A stretch of DNA of 64,000 nt from the human T2T-CHM13v2.0 reference genome, Homo sapiens. Numbering within the stretch: the stretch's first letter is position 1; each line of letters begins with the position of its first letter. The stretch lies in the NCBI RefSeq assembly GCF_009914755.1, contig NC_060943.1. The stretch is one strand, 5' to 3'. The notes beneath the pieces were generated by a model. That model was not told where the DNA came from. It did no database searches and worked only from the letters and a program-made list of their open reading frames with translations. The translations under genes were made by a program, and so were the position numbers. This document shows, piece after piece, positions 1-15,818 of this stretch.

Positions 1-2370
<2,370 letters not shown>

Positions 2371-3400
2371 TGAGGGCAGGAAGGTGACTGGGCGTTATCT
2401 AGCAGGACTGTGTGGGCCACGCGAGGACTTTGACGTTTCCTCTGAGTGAGGTAAGAGCTATTAGGGCTCTGAGTAGAGGAAGATCATGATCTGAATCGAG
2501 TTCTAACAGGCTCCCACAGGGTCAGATGTTACCATTTATTAAATATTTACTGAGTGCCAGACACTATTCTGTTCAATATGGTTTGATCTCATTTCATTCT
2601 CACATGGACCCTATAGGGAATATCATTCCATTTCAAAGAAAAGAAACTGAGGCTCACAGAGTTTAAGACACTGACCCATGGCCGCACAGCAATAATCTTC
2701 AGCGCCTGGGTGCCAAGGTAAAGTAAGCCAGCCTCTCCCTCCCCCAAGCATTTCAGACAAGGATCGGTGGCTGCAGAGCGCACCCGTCTTCGGGAACGGC
2801 GTCTGTGTCCCTGTCTGTCTGTTTCTATTTCCACACGTCCCTGTCTGTCTCCACGCGCCTCTGCCTGTGCGTCCCCCATCTGTGCCCAAGCCGCCGTCTC
2901 TCTGCGCCCGGCCCCCGCACATCGGAGCTATTTCGGGTTTAAGGCTTAAAAGCCCAACAGCTCGGAGGAGACGCTTCCTCCGGCCCCCGGCTCGGACCAC
3001 GCGCCGCACGCGGCCAGCTCTGGGAGCTCCCAGTTTTTTCTGCGGGATCCCCGAGCCGGGGAAGCCCCCGCGGGAGGAAGGGTGGGGGCTGGGGCGACCC
3101 GGGCCCGGAGGCTCTCGGCCCCCCAGTGGCCAACCCCGGCATTGACGCCGTCAGGAGCCCAGCCGTGCGTCAGCTGTCGCCCTGGCAACGGGGGCGACGT
3201 CACCACATTGGTGGTGCGTCAGTCCGCTGACGTCACGCCCCAGGAGAGGCAATAGGCAAGTGGCGGGGGCGGGTTCTAGGCCCGACCGGCAGGGGGAGCC
3301 CTGGGGCACTGATGGCAGATGCGTTTGGCTTGGTCTTGTAGGAGGCCCTGGCCCTGCCGACATGGCCACCGCAGTCCCAACGGCGCGCTAGGTTGGCGAG

Positions 3401-3448
3401 ATGAAGAGGAGTCGCAGTGCCCTGTCCGTGGCAGGGACCGGGGACGAG
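3401..3448 (+). CDS. PDE4A: PDE4A8 first coding exon (MKRSRSALSVAGTGDE)
   Basis: ATG at 3401, 16 codons, donor GAG|GTGCGA. The N-terminus is recognised as human PDE4A8. Confidence 0.85.
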
Positions 3449-3501
3449 GTGCGAGAGGAGGGGCTTGGGCTAGGGGCGGGGCTTCGCCCCTTGGGGGAGA
3501 C

Positions 3502-3520
3502 TAGCGCCCTCTAGTGACCA
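3502..3520 (-). promoter_or_regulatory. CTCF-like motif
   Basis: The minus strand reads TGGTCACTAGAGGGCGCTA, versus consensus TGGCCACCAGGGGGCGCTA. Confidence 0.6.
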
Positions 3521-4117
3521 CGGCTATTTCCTGAACGTGGCTTCACTACCTCCAAGCTGTGAGGAGTTTGGTCCCCTCGTGCCTCAGTTTACCCCCTTGA
3601 TTCCATTTTTTCTCCTGCTGCCCTAAGAGGCTCTCAGCCGGCCCAGGGACAGCAGGCAAAGGCTTCTCAAATGAGGAGAGGATTTTGGCGAGGAGGTGGG
3701 AGGGGGCGCTAGGGGTGGTGAGGTCTTGAGAGTCTCAGATGTGAGGGATGGGAGGGGGGCATTGACATTAAGACCAAGAGGGGCCCTCTTAGACGTGGAG
3801 GTTGGGAAGAGACCCTAAAAAGGTGATGTGTTAGAGAGGTCTCACACTTGAGACAGAATGTCTAGATGTGACAGACCCCAAGGCTGGGGCATCGAGAGGG
3901 GACCCCACAAAAATTATGGCTGAGAAGGGGCACTCTCAGACCTAAGGGATGGCAGGGCACCCTCTGTGTGAGGGGTCAGCGAGTGGCTCACACGTGAAGG
4001 GGAGCCTATACCGCCATTAACTACTCCCTTAGACAGCTAGGTAGGGGTGTTCTTGGGGAGAGGGGCTCAGAGCTTCCCAGCCAGGCCACGCCCCTATTCC
4101 ACTTTGTCCCTCCCCAG

Positions 4118-4323
4118 AGGTCGAGGGAGACCCCCGAATCCGACCGTGCCAACATGCTGGGGGCCGACCTGCGTCGCCCTCGCCGCCGCCTCTCGTCCGG
4201 TCCTGGCCTGGGCTGGGCCCAGCCTGAGCCCTCGGACCCTGGGGTCCCTCTGCCGCCACGGCCCACCACCCTGCCGCTGCTGATCCCACCGCGGATTTCC
4301 ATCACCAGGGCCGAGAACGACAG
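4118..4323 (+). CDS. PDE4A: PDE4A8 second exon (RSRETPES...PPRISITRAEND)
   Basis: Acceptor tccccag|, donor ag|gtaggt, 206 nt. It ends in phase 2, matching the shared exon at 32675. Confidence 0.87.
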
Positions 4324-5409
4324 GTAGGTAGGAGAGGGAGCAGAGTGGGAGGTGGGTTGGGGAGGCACAGTGCCAACTGGGCTAGGTCCAGCCACCAGCC
4401 CTTCCCGATCTCCATGCTCCCTGCCGTTTGCAAAACTAGCTGCAACTTGTCCTGTGGCGGGCTGTGACACCCCTACCCCAAGGCACCCTTCGCAGGCTCT
4501 AGGAACCCCTTATTTCATTTTCCAGCTGCCTGAGTCAGCAAGGGGCAGGACTGAGGAAAGGGGTGTCATGTCTCCAGCCCCCAAGATGCTCCCATATTCA
4601 CAGAGCTGGGGCAGGTTGATCAGGCGGCTGTGCACCGGCTTTCATGTCCCCGCCTGGGAGGATCAGGTTTCTTCTCCGCCTTGAAGGGGATGGTGGAGTC
4701 TTGGAAGGGGTCTGGACTAGTATTTTTCTTTCTCCTGGGGAGATGTGAGAAATATCTGCGAGCTCTGGGTTCACACAGCACCTCCTGCTGATTCTCATCT
4801 GGGGACCTTCCAGGTACCCAACCAGTTTCCCAGAGTACTCAACCCCCCTCTTGGCTCAAGAATGAGCTGGAAAGTCAGACAGCTGAGCTGGTCCTGGCTT
4901 CTGGCCGGCCCCTGCCCCCATGCCCTCCTCTGGTCACCGCTTTCGGCAGTTCCAATCCACCCCCACCCCCATCTACTCAATTGGAGGGTTCCAGGGTCTC
5001 TGTTTCCGTCATGGTCCAATGGTTCATTTCCAGATAGGGAGAGCAAGTGACTGTCTCTCGCCCCTGGAGCTGCTTAATTATACCTCTCCACGCCCATCCC
5101 ACTAGCCTCAGGTCCAGATCAGTTTATCCCCCAGCTCAGGCCACCGCTCCTCGTTTCCTCCTTCTTCTGCAACCCCAGCTGTGTCCTGACACCCCCACCC
5201 ACCTCACATTACGCACTCCCACCCGCTTCCAGATCTCTAACCAACGTTACAGCATACCCCGCCAAGAATTTGGCCCAGCCCAGGACTCTCAAATATGATC
5301 TGGGGAGAACTCACAGCCCCTGCAAATTCCCTAGAAGCCGTTTTGAGTGTGTAATGGGGGGGGGTGTTCCTGAGAGAAGTGGGGAACACAGTTTTGGCCC
5401 TTGGAATAC

Positions 5410-7800
5410 CCGGCGGCTGCTGATGGGGGGGCCGGTTTTTGCTCGGCGTTCGCCCACGCCGGGAGCCCCCTCTGGCGGGGAGAAAAGTGGCTGTGGGGGT
5501 TGAAGACCGGCAGTCTTTTTTTTTTTTTTTTTTTTTTTTTCAAATAAGGAGAAGGGCGCGGGGGGAGGGCGGTGGCAGACGGCATCGCGTGCCCTGGGGA
5601 GCCCGTGACAGGGGGCGCACGGGGGCAGGGGTCTGGTCCCCGGGTCCCGCAGCAGAGCAGTTTCGCGTTCGAGCTCTTATCGGCGTGGGGGGGGGGGCGG
5701 TGGGACACGCGGGCGCGTGCACTCCCCCCGCCCAGCAGCCATCCTTGGGGGGGTTGAGGGGGATGGGGGCGCACTCGGATCCCGCTCGCTCTCTGCTTGC
5801 TCGCTCGGCGCGGCGCTGGGGGAGGCGGGAGCGTGAGTCACGGCGACTCCCGATTTAGGTGCCGGAAGGGGGGCTCTGCTGGCGGGGGCCGCAGGGAGGA
5901 GGCTCGCCTGTTTACTCGCCTGAAAAGGGCACGGGGGTGCGCTCCGCGGCTACCTGGGACCTTCCTCAGTTTACCTCTGGCAGAAGCGCTTTAGAAGAGG
6001 CAGCGATGTATAGAGCGGTGGGCCGGCAGCTGCGGTATCCGCCACAGGGTGTCTTCCTGGAGCCACAAGGGAACCAATGGGACACACCCCAGAAACACCC
6101 CAGAGGCCCCAGGCCGACCACACACATACACTCACGCACACGCACACACTAACATACATAGACGTCCTCCGACACTACAGTCAGACGACAGAGGCCGAAT
6201 CGCGTGCACAACTCCGCAAGCACACACCGACCACAAACGCATCCAAGCGCTTGAGAACACATTCACAGTCCCCAGGCCACCTGAAAAAAGACCACGTAGG
6301 GATGCACATCCTCCAAATAGGTAGCACATGTGCGCACACATCCTTCACCCACAGACACACACAGTTATACACACAGCCAAATCCAGAGAAACGGGCAGAC
6401 AACAGCAGCCAACCACGTGCGCACACACACTTCCAGCCGACACTGAAAACACAGACAACCCTCGGAAGAGGCCACGTGCGCGCACATCCCGCCCCGGGCC
6501 CGCACCATCACTATCCTCCGACGCACAGACAGGAGATCCCACACACTCTGCCGCCGCCCGCTGCAGGTACCGCGCCGGTGGCACTAGGACCACTCCTCAA
6601 AAACTGCCCCCCGCCAGGGGTAGCGGCGAGGACACGCCAACACCGGACTCCGCCCTCGCCATGATGGACCGACTGACTGACACTCTGGCAACCAGTCCGG
6701 TGTCTGCTTCCAGATCGGATTAACCGTTTAACTCCTTCGTGCCTGTGCGCGCCGCGGCCAAGCAGGGTGCTTTGAAGACAGACGAGTTCCAGCGCCCCCT
6801 CCCAGCCCGGAGCGGGGATCTGCGTGGGCGGGAAGGGCCCCCCTCCTTAGGTAGCTGCCCCCCGCTGGCCCGGACGGAGGAGGAGGGGGGCGGCGCTGAC
6901 AGCCGCGGCGGGCGGGGGGCGGGGAGGGGCGGGACGGGGCGGAGGAGCCGGGGCTGGCGCCGAGCGGGCCGCGGAACGCGGAGCGCGGAGCGCGGAGAGC
7001 GCCGCCCGGCACTGAGCAGAGCTCCAGGCGCCGAAAGGAAGCTGCAGAGCCCGGCCCGGGGGCGATTGGCCCGCAGCGCCCCCGGGTCTGTCCCCGGGGC
7101 GCCATGGCCCTACCGCGGCCGGGCGCACCCGCGGGGCCCTGGGCTCGCTGGCTTGCGCGCAGCTGAGCGGGGTGTAGGTTGGAAGGGCCAGGGCCCCCTG
7201 GGGCGCAAGTGGGGGCCGGCGCCATGGAACCCCCGACCGTCCCCTCGGAAAGGAGCCTGTCTCTGTCACTGCCCGGGCCCCGGGAGGGCCAGGCCACCCT
7301 GAAGCCTCCCCCGCAGCACCTGTGGCGGCAGCCTCGGACCCCCATCCGTATCCAGCAGCGCGGCTACTCCGACAGCGCGGAGCGCGCCGAGCGGGAGCGG
7401 CAGCCGCACCGGCCCATAGAGCGCGCCGATGCCATGGACACCAGCGACCGGCCCGGCCTGCGCACGACCCGCATGTCCTGGCCCTCGTCCTTCCATGGCA
7501 CTGGCACCGGCAGCGGCGGCGCGGGCGGAGGCAGCAGCAGGCGGTAAGACTCCCCGCGGCGGATGCGCGCGGAACGGATGGGCGCGCAGGGAGGAGGCAA
7601 CTCGAGCTGCCGGCCGCAGGGGGCGCTAGGATGCGGGTGGGGTCGGTTTGGCTGGCGGGGGCGGAGGGAATTCGGCTGCGGGGGCGTCTGGGACCTGGCC
7701 CCTGGTTGTGCGCTCTACGGGAGGCTTCCTGCTGAAGCCCATCCTGGGGTCCATTTAGGGGGCGCCACGCTGCGCGTGGTGTTAACGAGGTCTGGGTTGG
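5410..7800. promoter_or_regulatory. Large CpG island region around the PDE4A4 promoter, interrupted by a CA-rich tract at about 6100-6550
   Basis: Very high GC and CpG content, with multiple GGGCGG boxes at 6885-6945. Confidence 0.8.
7224..7543 (+). CDS. PDE4A: PDE4A4 (long form) first exon MEPPTVPSERS...GGGSSR
   Basis: Kozak gccATGG, 320 nt, donor cg|gtaaga in phase 2. Contains the DAMD caspase-type site and Pro/Arg-rich segments. Confidence 0.96.
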
Positions 7801-8349
7801 GGAAGGGGGCTGCACACTTAGGGGTCTGTATTCTTGGTGACAGTGCAGAACAGCTGCTAAGCTGGGAACCACTTGGAGGGACCTTCCTGGGGGCACTATA
7901 CTGAGGGCTAGATTCGCAGTGTTTGGGGTACTCTTGGAGCACTCCATAAGGGGGTGCCTGCTAGGACCAGGATCTTTACTTCAGGGTGGGGTGCTCTCAG
8001 GGTCCTTCTAGGGGATGGAGGACTCTATTGCGGGGATGTTAGTGGACTCCTCCTGCAGCAGCTGGGGTCAGAAATCCAGAGGGTGCCTCTTGGGGGAGCA
8101 CTGTTTTGGGAGCCTTGCGTTAGATTGGAGTTCCCCTCTCAGGGCAAGAGTGTTAGCGTTAAGTAGCTGTTCAGAGGCAGGAAACAGTGGAGGGGGGGCG
8201 CAGTCCCAGCACAGAGGGAAGGAGTCCCTGACTGCAGAGGTGACAGCATAGTGAGGGTGCATGTGTGTTGAGCTTGGTCTCCTCTGAGGGTATTCTCCGA
8301 TTGACCTCCGTTTGCTCCAGCTGTCCGGGTATGACCAGCTGTGGCTACC

Positions 8350-8760
8350 TCAGTTGTGTGCTCTGTGTGAGCTTCTGGGGTCTTGTGATGGTGACACGAT
8401 GACTCTGTGTCCTCCAGGGACAGTGTAATTGTGACAGTGTGACTGTGTATTTCCAGGGTAGTGTGACTGTGTGTTTCTGGGACAGGGTTTGCGACAGTGA
8501 CTGTGTGTGCTCCAAGAATGCTGTGACTGTCACAGGGTGACTGTGGCCTCATGGGATGCAGTGATTGGGATAGAGTGACTGTTTCTGCTCCTAGGACAGT
8601 GATTGTGCAATGGTGTTGGTGGTCTAGGGACAATGTGATTGTGACAGTGTCATTTCTGGCATGCAGTGATTGTGGCACTGGGGTGTTTACACTTGGGGAA
8701 CAATGTGATTGAGTTCGTGGAACAGTCTGTGCTCCTTGGACACTGTGATTGAAACACAGT
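8350..8760. repeat. Degenerate GTGACTGT/GACAGTGTGA minisatellite-like tract
   Basis: Recurrent gacagtgtgactgtg and gtgattgtg units. Confidence 0.55.
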
Positions 8761-9352
8761 GGCTGTGTGTTAGTCTTCACCAGGTGCTCACGTCTGAGCG
8801 TCGGTGCTCTGACATGTGGTCTGTGTTCCCTCTGCCTGGTGTATCCTAAGAACTGGTGTCCTCTAACCACCTGGTGTTCTTAGTTATTGTTCCTGCTCTG
8901 ATGGTGCTCCAGGGTCTGATTGCTTGTGCTCCAGCGATGTGTGCAACTGACAGCTTTGCCCGTGTGCTCTACCTGGATGCCCCACTGCTGGGGATATCAC
9001 CAAGACGGTCAGATTTGGGCTCCTTATCCCTGGAGCTCCTGAGTGAGGCCTCTCTAAGATGTAGCCCTACTCTTCCTAAGTCTCTTTGGGGGTCTTCAGC
9101 AGTCATTGCAGCCCTCCAGGCCACCCCCACCTCTGTTCTGATCACCCCCCAGCCCCAGTCCCCCTGCACCCTTCTACCCACCAGGAAGCAAGTGTCACGG
9201 GCCCAGCATACATGGGCTGACATTTCCCAAAGGGAACTGGAGAGAGGCTGAAGGAAGAGAAAGTTGGAATCAACAGAAAATGCTAAAACTGGGGCAGGGG
9301 GCCAAACTGGCACAGGTCACTGTCCTAAGACACCAAGGGGTGGGTGAAGTGA

Positions 9353-9778
<426 letters not shown>

Positions 9779-10899
9779 TGACTAATTTTTGAATTTTTAG
9801 TAGAGATGGGGTTTCACCATGTTGGCCAGGCTGGTCTCGAACTCCTGACCTCAGGTGATCTGCCCACCCCTTAGCCTCCCAAAGTGCTGGGATTACAGGC
9901 ATGAGCCACTGCACCCAGCTAAACCTTTTCTCTTTCTCACCCAAACTCACACAACCAGGAGATGGGGGAGCTGGAATTGCAACGCAGGTCCGCCCAATTC
10001 CTGTGCATCTTTGTATAAGTGTCTTGCCCTCTCTGAGCCTTAATTTTCCAGTCTGTAGAGTGGGGCTTTTGTTGGCACTGCCATGTGGGGGTCACTTTGA
10101 GGGTTCTGTGAGCTTGGAGATGTGTGTAAAGGACTTAACATAATCAGTAGATCTCCATTCAGGGACCTGGACTAAGGAGGGGGGACCTGGGTGGATCCCA
10201 TTTCTCCAGGGTGAGTAGAAAAAAACAGGAACCTTAACCACATCCCCACGTAGACTCGGGTTTCTGTTTCACTGTGGGCCTGTGCACCCTTCAGTGTCTG
10301 TGCTGAGGTCCAAAGCTGGGACTGATGGGTGGGCTGTAGCTGGCATCAGTGCCAGGGTCCTCCCCCATTCCCAGGGAAAAGGAGGAAGGTGTCTGATGGC
10401 AACCTCAATGCTTAGAACAGGCATTTCTTCAAAAAGGGGGTTTTTACCAGGGCACATACAGGATTCAGTGCTCCCCACACTGGAGTTCATCCAGCTACCG
10501 CAAAAGGAGTCCAGCGAGCTCCCCCGATTTGGGTCAAAGGAATCCCCAGAGAGAGGGCACTGCCCACCCCCAACCGGAGATGTCATCCAAACCTCCCCTC
10601 CAGACCTGAAGATGTATGAGACGGCTGAGTCACGGCACAGCCACGATCTGTCAAGAGGCAGATGGAGAGGGAGGAAGAGGAGGACTTTGGTGGTGGGGGT
10701 GGGGAGCTGTCTGAACTGGGGACGGGGCCAACATACGGACCCTGCGTCCCCCCTCCCTGGGCCCTAAAACTTCCCCATCGAGGTGGGGGCACAGTGTGGC
10801 CCCAGGAGCAGGTGGAGGCAGCCGAGCTGGGGTATCCGTCTGGTCGCTGGTCTCTGTCTCCACTTGGGTCCTCGCCTCCCCCTTGTCCCTGGCGCTCCC

Positions 10900-11300
10900 A
10901 AGTCCCTGGATGTGGGTTGGGAGCGGGTCTCCCCGCGCGCCCTCTGCTGGACGACGAGGAAGGCACAGCCTGGGTGTGCGCTCCGAGCGCGGACCTGCTC
11001 CAGGGACGCCGCCAGTCCCGGAGCAAAGCAAAGTCGCCGCCACCGTCGCGGCGCCCGGTATTATTATTTTATGCTTATTGAGCGTCCTGGAGAGCGGGCG
11101 CCAGGCCGGCTGACCGCAGGCTGCGTGTGGGGTCCTCGCCCTCCCGGGCTTGGGACCAGGCCGCTTTCCCCATGCGCCAGCCCCTGCCACACGCTGCGGG
11201 GACTGTCGTCTGGAGGACAGGGAGGAACCTGGCCGAAAAGTTGCAGCCGTGGAGTTCCCGTCCCGCCTCTGCGCGCTTGCCCGGCAGGCCGGTGAACCCC
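10900..11300. promoter_or_regulatory. Orphan intronic CpG island
   Basis: CpG-dense, non-repeat sequence with no recognisable PDE4A exon. Confidence 0.6.
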
Positions 11301-11391
11301 AGCATCCTTGGCTCTGCGCTTCCTGCCCGGGAAACAGAGACCATGGGACTTGCCCAAGGTCACACAGCGAGGAAGGTGAGAATAGGAGTTA

Positions 11392-11826
<435 letters not shown>

Positions 11827-12228
11827 TCAAACGGGGCTGAAAAATAAGAACTGTCCACCCCCAGGGCTGTGGTGAGGCTGATATGTTTGACGTAGGTGCT
11901 GGGCAGCCAGGAGCTGGTGTTCTGAGAAAGTACTTCCTCAAATGACATCAGCAGAGAGAAAGGGGGCGTCCCCCAAACCGCAAACCCGGCTGGTGGGGAA
12001 GGTGCCCCATATTTCATTGGTAACAGATTGACTGCAGGCTCTTATGACTTTAGGAAAACTGGGGCTTTGGACCTGGGAGAGCCACAGTCTGGCAGGGTGA
12101 GAACAGAATTGTGAGGGCATCTGAGCCCACTCTTTTCATTGTGGAGTATGAAAGAGTTCAAATCTGGCTGGGCGCGGTGGCTCATGCCTGTAATCCCAGC
12201 ACTTTGGGAGGCTGAGGCGGGTGGATTA

Positions 12229-12444
<216 letters not shown>

Positions 12445-12773
12445 TCAAAAAAAAAAAAAAAAAAGGAAGGAGGGAAGGAAGGAAAGAAAAGAGTTCAAAT
12501 CCACTTTTGGCCAGGCGAGGTGGCTCACACCCAGCACTTTGGGAGGCTGATGTGGGAGGATTGCCTGAGGCTGGAGTTTGAGACCAGCCTGGGCAGCATG
12601 GTGAGACCCTATCTCTACAAAAAGAAAAAAATAAAAGAAGTAAATCCAGCTTTTGTCCTGGACTCGCTGTGTGACCTTCACCTGTCAGAGCCTCAGTCTC
12701 CTCATTTCTAGCAGATTCGTTCATTCCACAAACACTGAGCGCCTTCAGAACTGTGGCTGAGAATGCTGTAGAC

Positions 12774-12971
12774 CAAGTTTGTCCAACCCGTGGCCCAGGA
12801 TGGCATTGAATTCGGCCCAACACAAATTCGTAAACTTTCTTAAAACAATGAGATTCTTTTTTTTTTTCCTCTCATTAGCTATTGTTAGTGTTAGTGTATT
12901 TTATGTGTGGCCCAAGACAATTCTTCGCCTTTCAGTGTGGCCCAGGGATGCCAAAAGATTGCACACCCTTG
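12774..12971 (-). mobile_element. MER30 (hAT-Charlie) DNA transposon
   Basis: Matches the recalled MER30 consensus (ggcccaacacaaattcgtaaactttcttaaaac; gtgtggcccaagacaattcttc). Flanked by a degenerate 8-bp TSD ctgtagac/ccatagac. Confidence 0.8.
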
Positions 12972-13177
12972 CCATAGACACATTCCCTGCTGCCCTGAAA
13001 TTGTCAGACTAGAGGGTGAAGCAGAAATAGCAAGTAAAGGGCCGGGTGCGGTGGCTCAGGCCTGTAATCCCAGCACTTTGGGAGGCCAAGGCAGGTGGAT
13101 TACTTGAGGCCAGGAGTTCGAGACCAGCCTGGCCAAAACCTGGCAAAACCCTGTCTCTACTAAAAATACAAAAATTA

Positions 13178-13405
<228 letters not shown>

Positions 13406-13549
13406 TCAGGGAAGGCCTCTCTGAGGAGGTGACATTTGAACAAAGACCCAAATAAAATGAGGGAGGTAAGGGCCGGGCGCAGTGGCTCACACCTGTAATC
13501 CCAGCACTTTGGGAGGCCGAGGCAGGTGGATCACGAGGTCACGAGTTCA

Positions 13550-13747
<198 letters not shown>

Positions 13748-14506
13748 CTAACAAAAAACAAAAGAGGGAGGTTGCTACATGGGTGTCTGATGGAAGAGGG
13801 TGCCAACCAGAGGGAAGAGCCAGTGCAGAGGTCCTGTGGTGGGAGTGTGTCTGATACGTTGGAGGCAAGTGTGTCTGAGGCAGAGTGAGCGAGGAGGCAG
13901 TGGAAAAAAAGGAGGGAGCGAGGTGACAGGCAGCTCATGTAAGGGCTCATAGACCATTAGGCCATGATCAAGGTTGGCTTTAGGCCTCAGTTTACATCTG
14001 GCTTCCTAGGACGGGACAAGCATCATTGGGCTGGAAGGAAACTCATCCATAAAGGGCTTGTGTAGCCTCATGGCTAAAATTCCTGTCTCTGAAGCCAGAC
14101 AGCTGGGTCCATAATCCAGCTCTGATCTTTCTAGATTGGGAGACCCTGGCCAAGTCACTCCTCTCTGGGCCTTGGCTTCCCCGTCTCTGAAATGGGCCTA
14201 GTAAAAACCGTATTCCCAAGGGCTGATCTGACGAACTGGCAAAACAATTCAGGGAAGCTAAGGGCATTGAAACCTTGGTCGGTGAACAAAAATGCATTTC
14301 TGGGACAGGTATAGTGGCTCATGCCCAACACACTTTGGGAGGCTGAGAGGGAGGCGGATCACTTGAGCCTGGGAGGTGGAGGTTGCAGTGAGCCAATATC
14401 ATGTCACTTGCACTGCAGTCTGGGTGACAGAGTGAGACCCTGTCAAAAAAAAAAAAAAAAAAGAATATCACCTGGTGGGTGTCTGGTGGGTATTTTGTGA
14501 GGATTA

Positions 14507-14653
<147 letters not shown>

Positions 14654-14806
14654 TTAGTCAGGCATGGTGGCGCACATGCTACTCAGCTACTTAGCTGCTC
14701 AGGAAGCTGAGGTTGAAGGATCACTTGACCGCAGGAAGTTGAGACTGCAGTGAGCTATGATCGTGCCACTGTACTCCAGCCTCGATGACAGAGTGAGATC
14801 CTGTCT

Positions 14807-14839
<33 letters not shown>

Positions 14840-14862
14840 TTGAGAGAGAGAGAGAGAGAGAG
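14807..14862. repeat. (GA)n microsatellite in an Alu tail
   Basis: Direct reading. Confidence 0.9.
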
Positions 14863-15326
14863 ATCATAGCTAGAGGCACTGGATGCACAGGAAGCTTTCT
14901 AAAGGGTTAGTTGCTATCATCACCATCATCGTCATTATCATCATCATCTATACCCTCTAGCTAGTATAGTGATTTGCATATTATAAGCCTTCAGTAAATA
15001 TTTGTCAAATACTGATAATAACTGTAGCTCATATTGAGTGCTTACTAGGTTCAGACACTTTTCTGAGCTTTTTATGTGTCCATCCATGGGGTGAGTGGTA
15101 GTATTATACCCATTTTACAACTGGGGAAACTGAGGCTCAATGAAATGAAGTGACTAGCCCGAGATCAAATGGCTAAGAAGTGCCAGAGGCCACACGCAAG
15201 CCCAGGCTTCCTCACTCTGGGCCCCATGGCATCAGAGCCAACACTAGAGAAGGAAGGATATTTCACAGAGGTGGACTCGAAAATAGAGATTCACTGTTGG
15301 GCGCGGTGGCTCACACGGGTGGATCA

Positions 15327-15818
<492 letters not shown>

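Larger units (their letters stand above)
2700..3520. promoter_or_regulatory. CpG island / promoter of PDE4A8
   Basis: CpG-dense, with full CRE TGACGTCA at 3228-3235, several half-CREs, ATTGG at 3207 and a GC box near 3265. Confidence 0.8.

Noticed and set aside
6847-7947. 366-aa minus-strand ORF over the 4A4 first exon
   Set aside because: Low-complexity Arg/Pro/Ala/Gly product expected from stop-poor CpG-island DNA, with no domain.
8139-8870. 243-aa His/Thr/Val-rich minus-strand ORF
   Set aside because: An artefact of the TG/CA low-complexity repeat.
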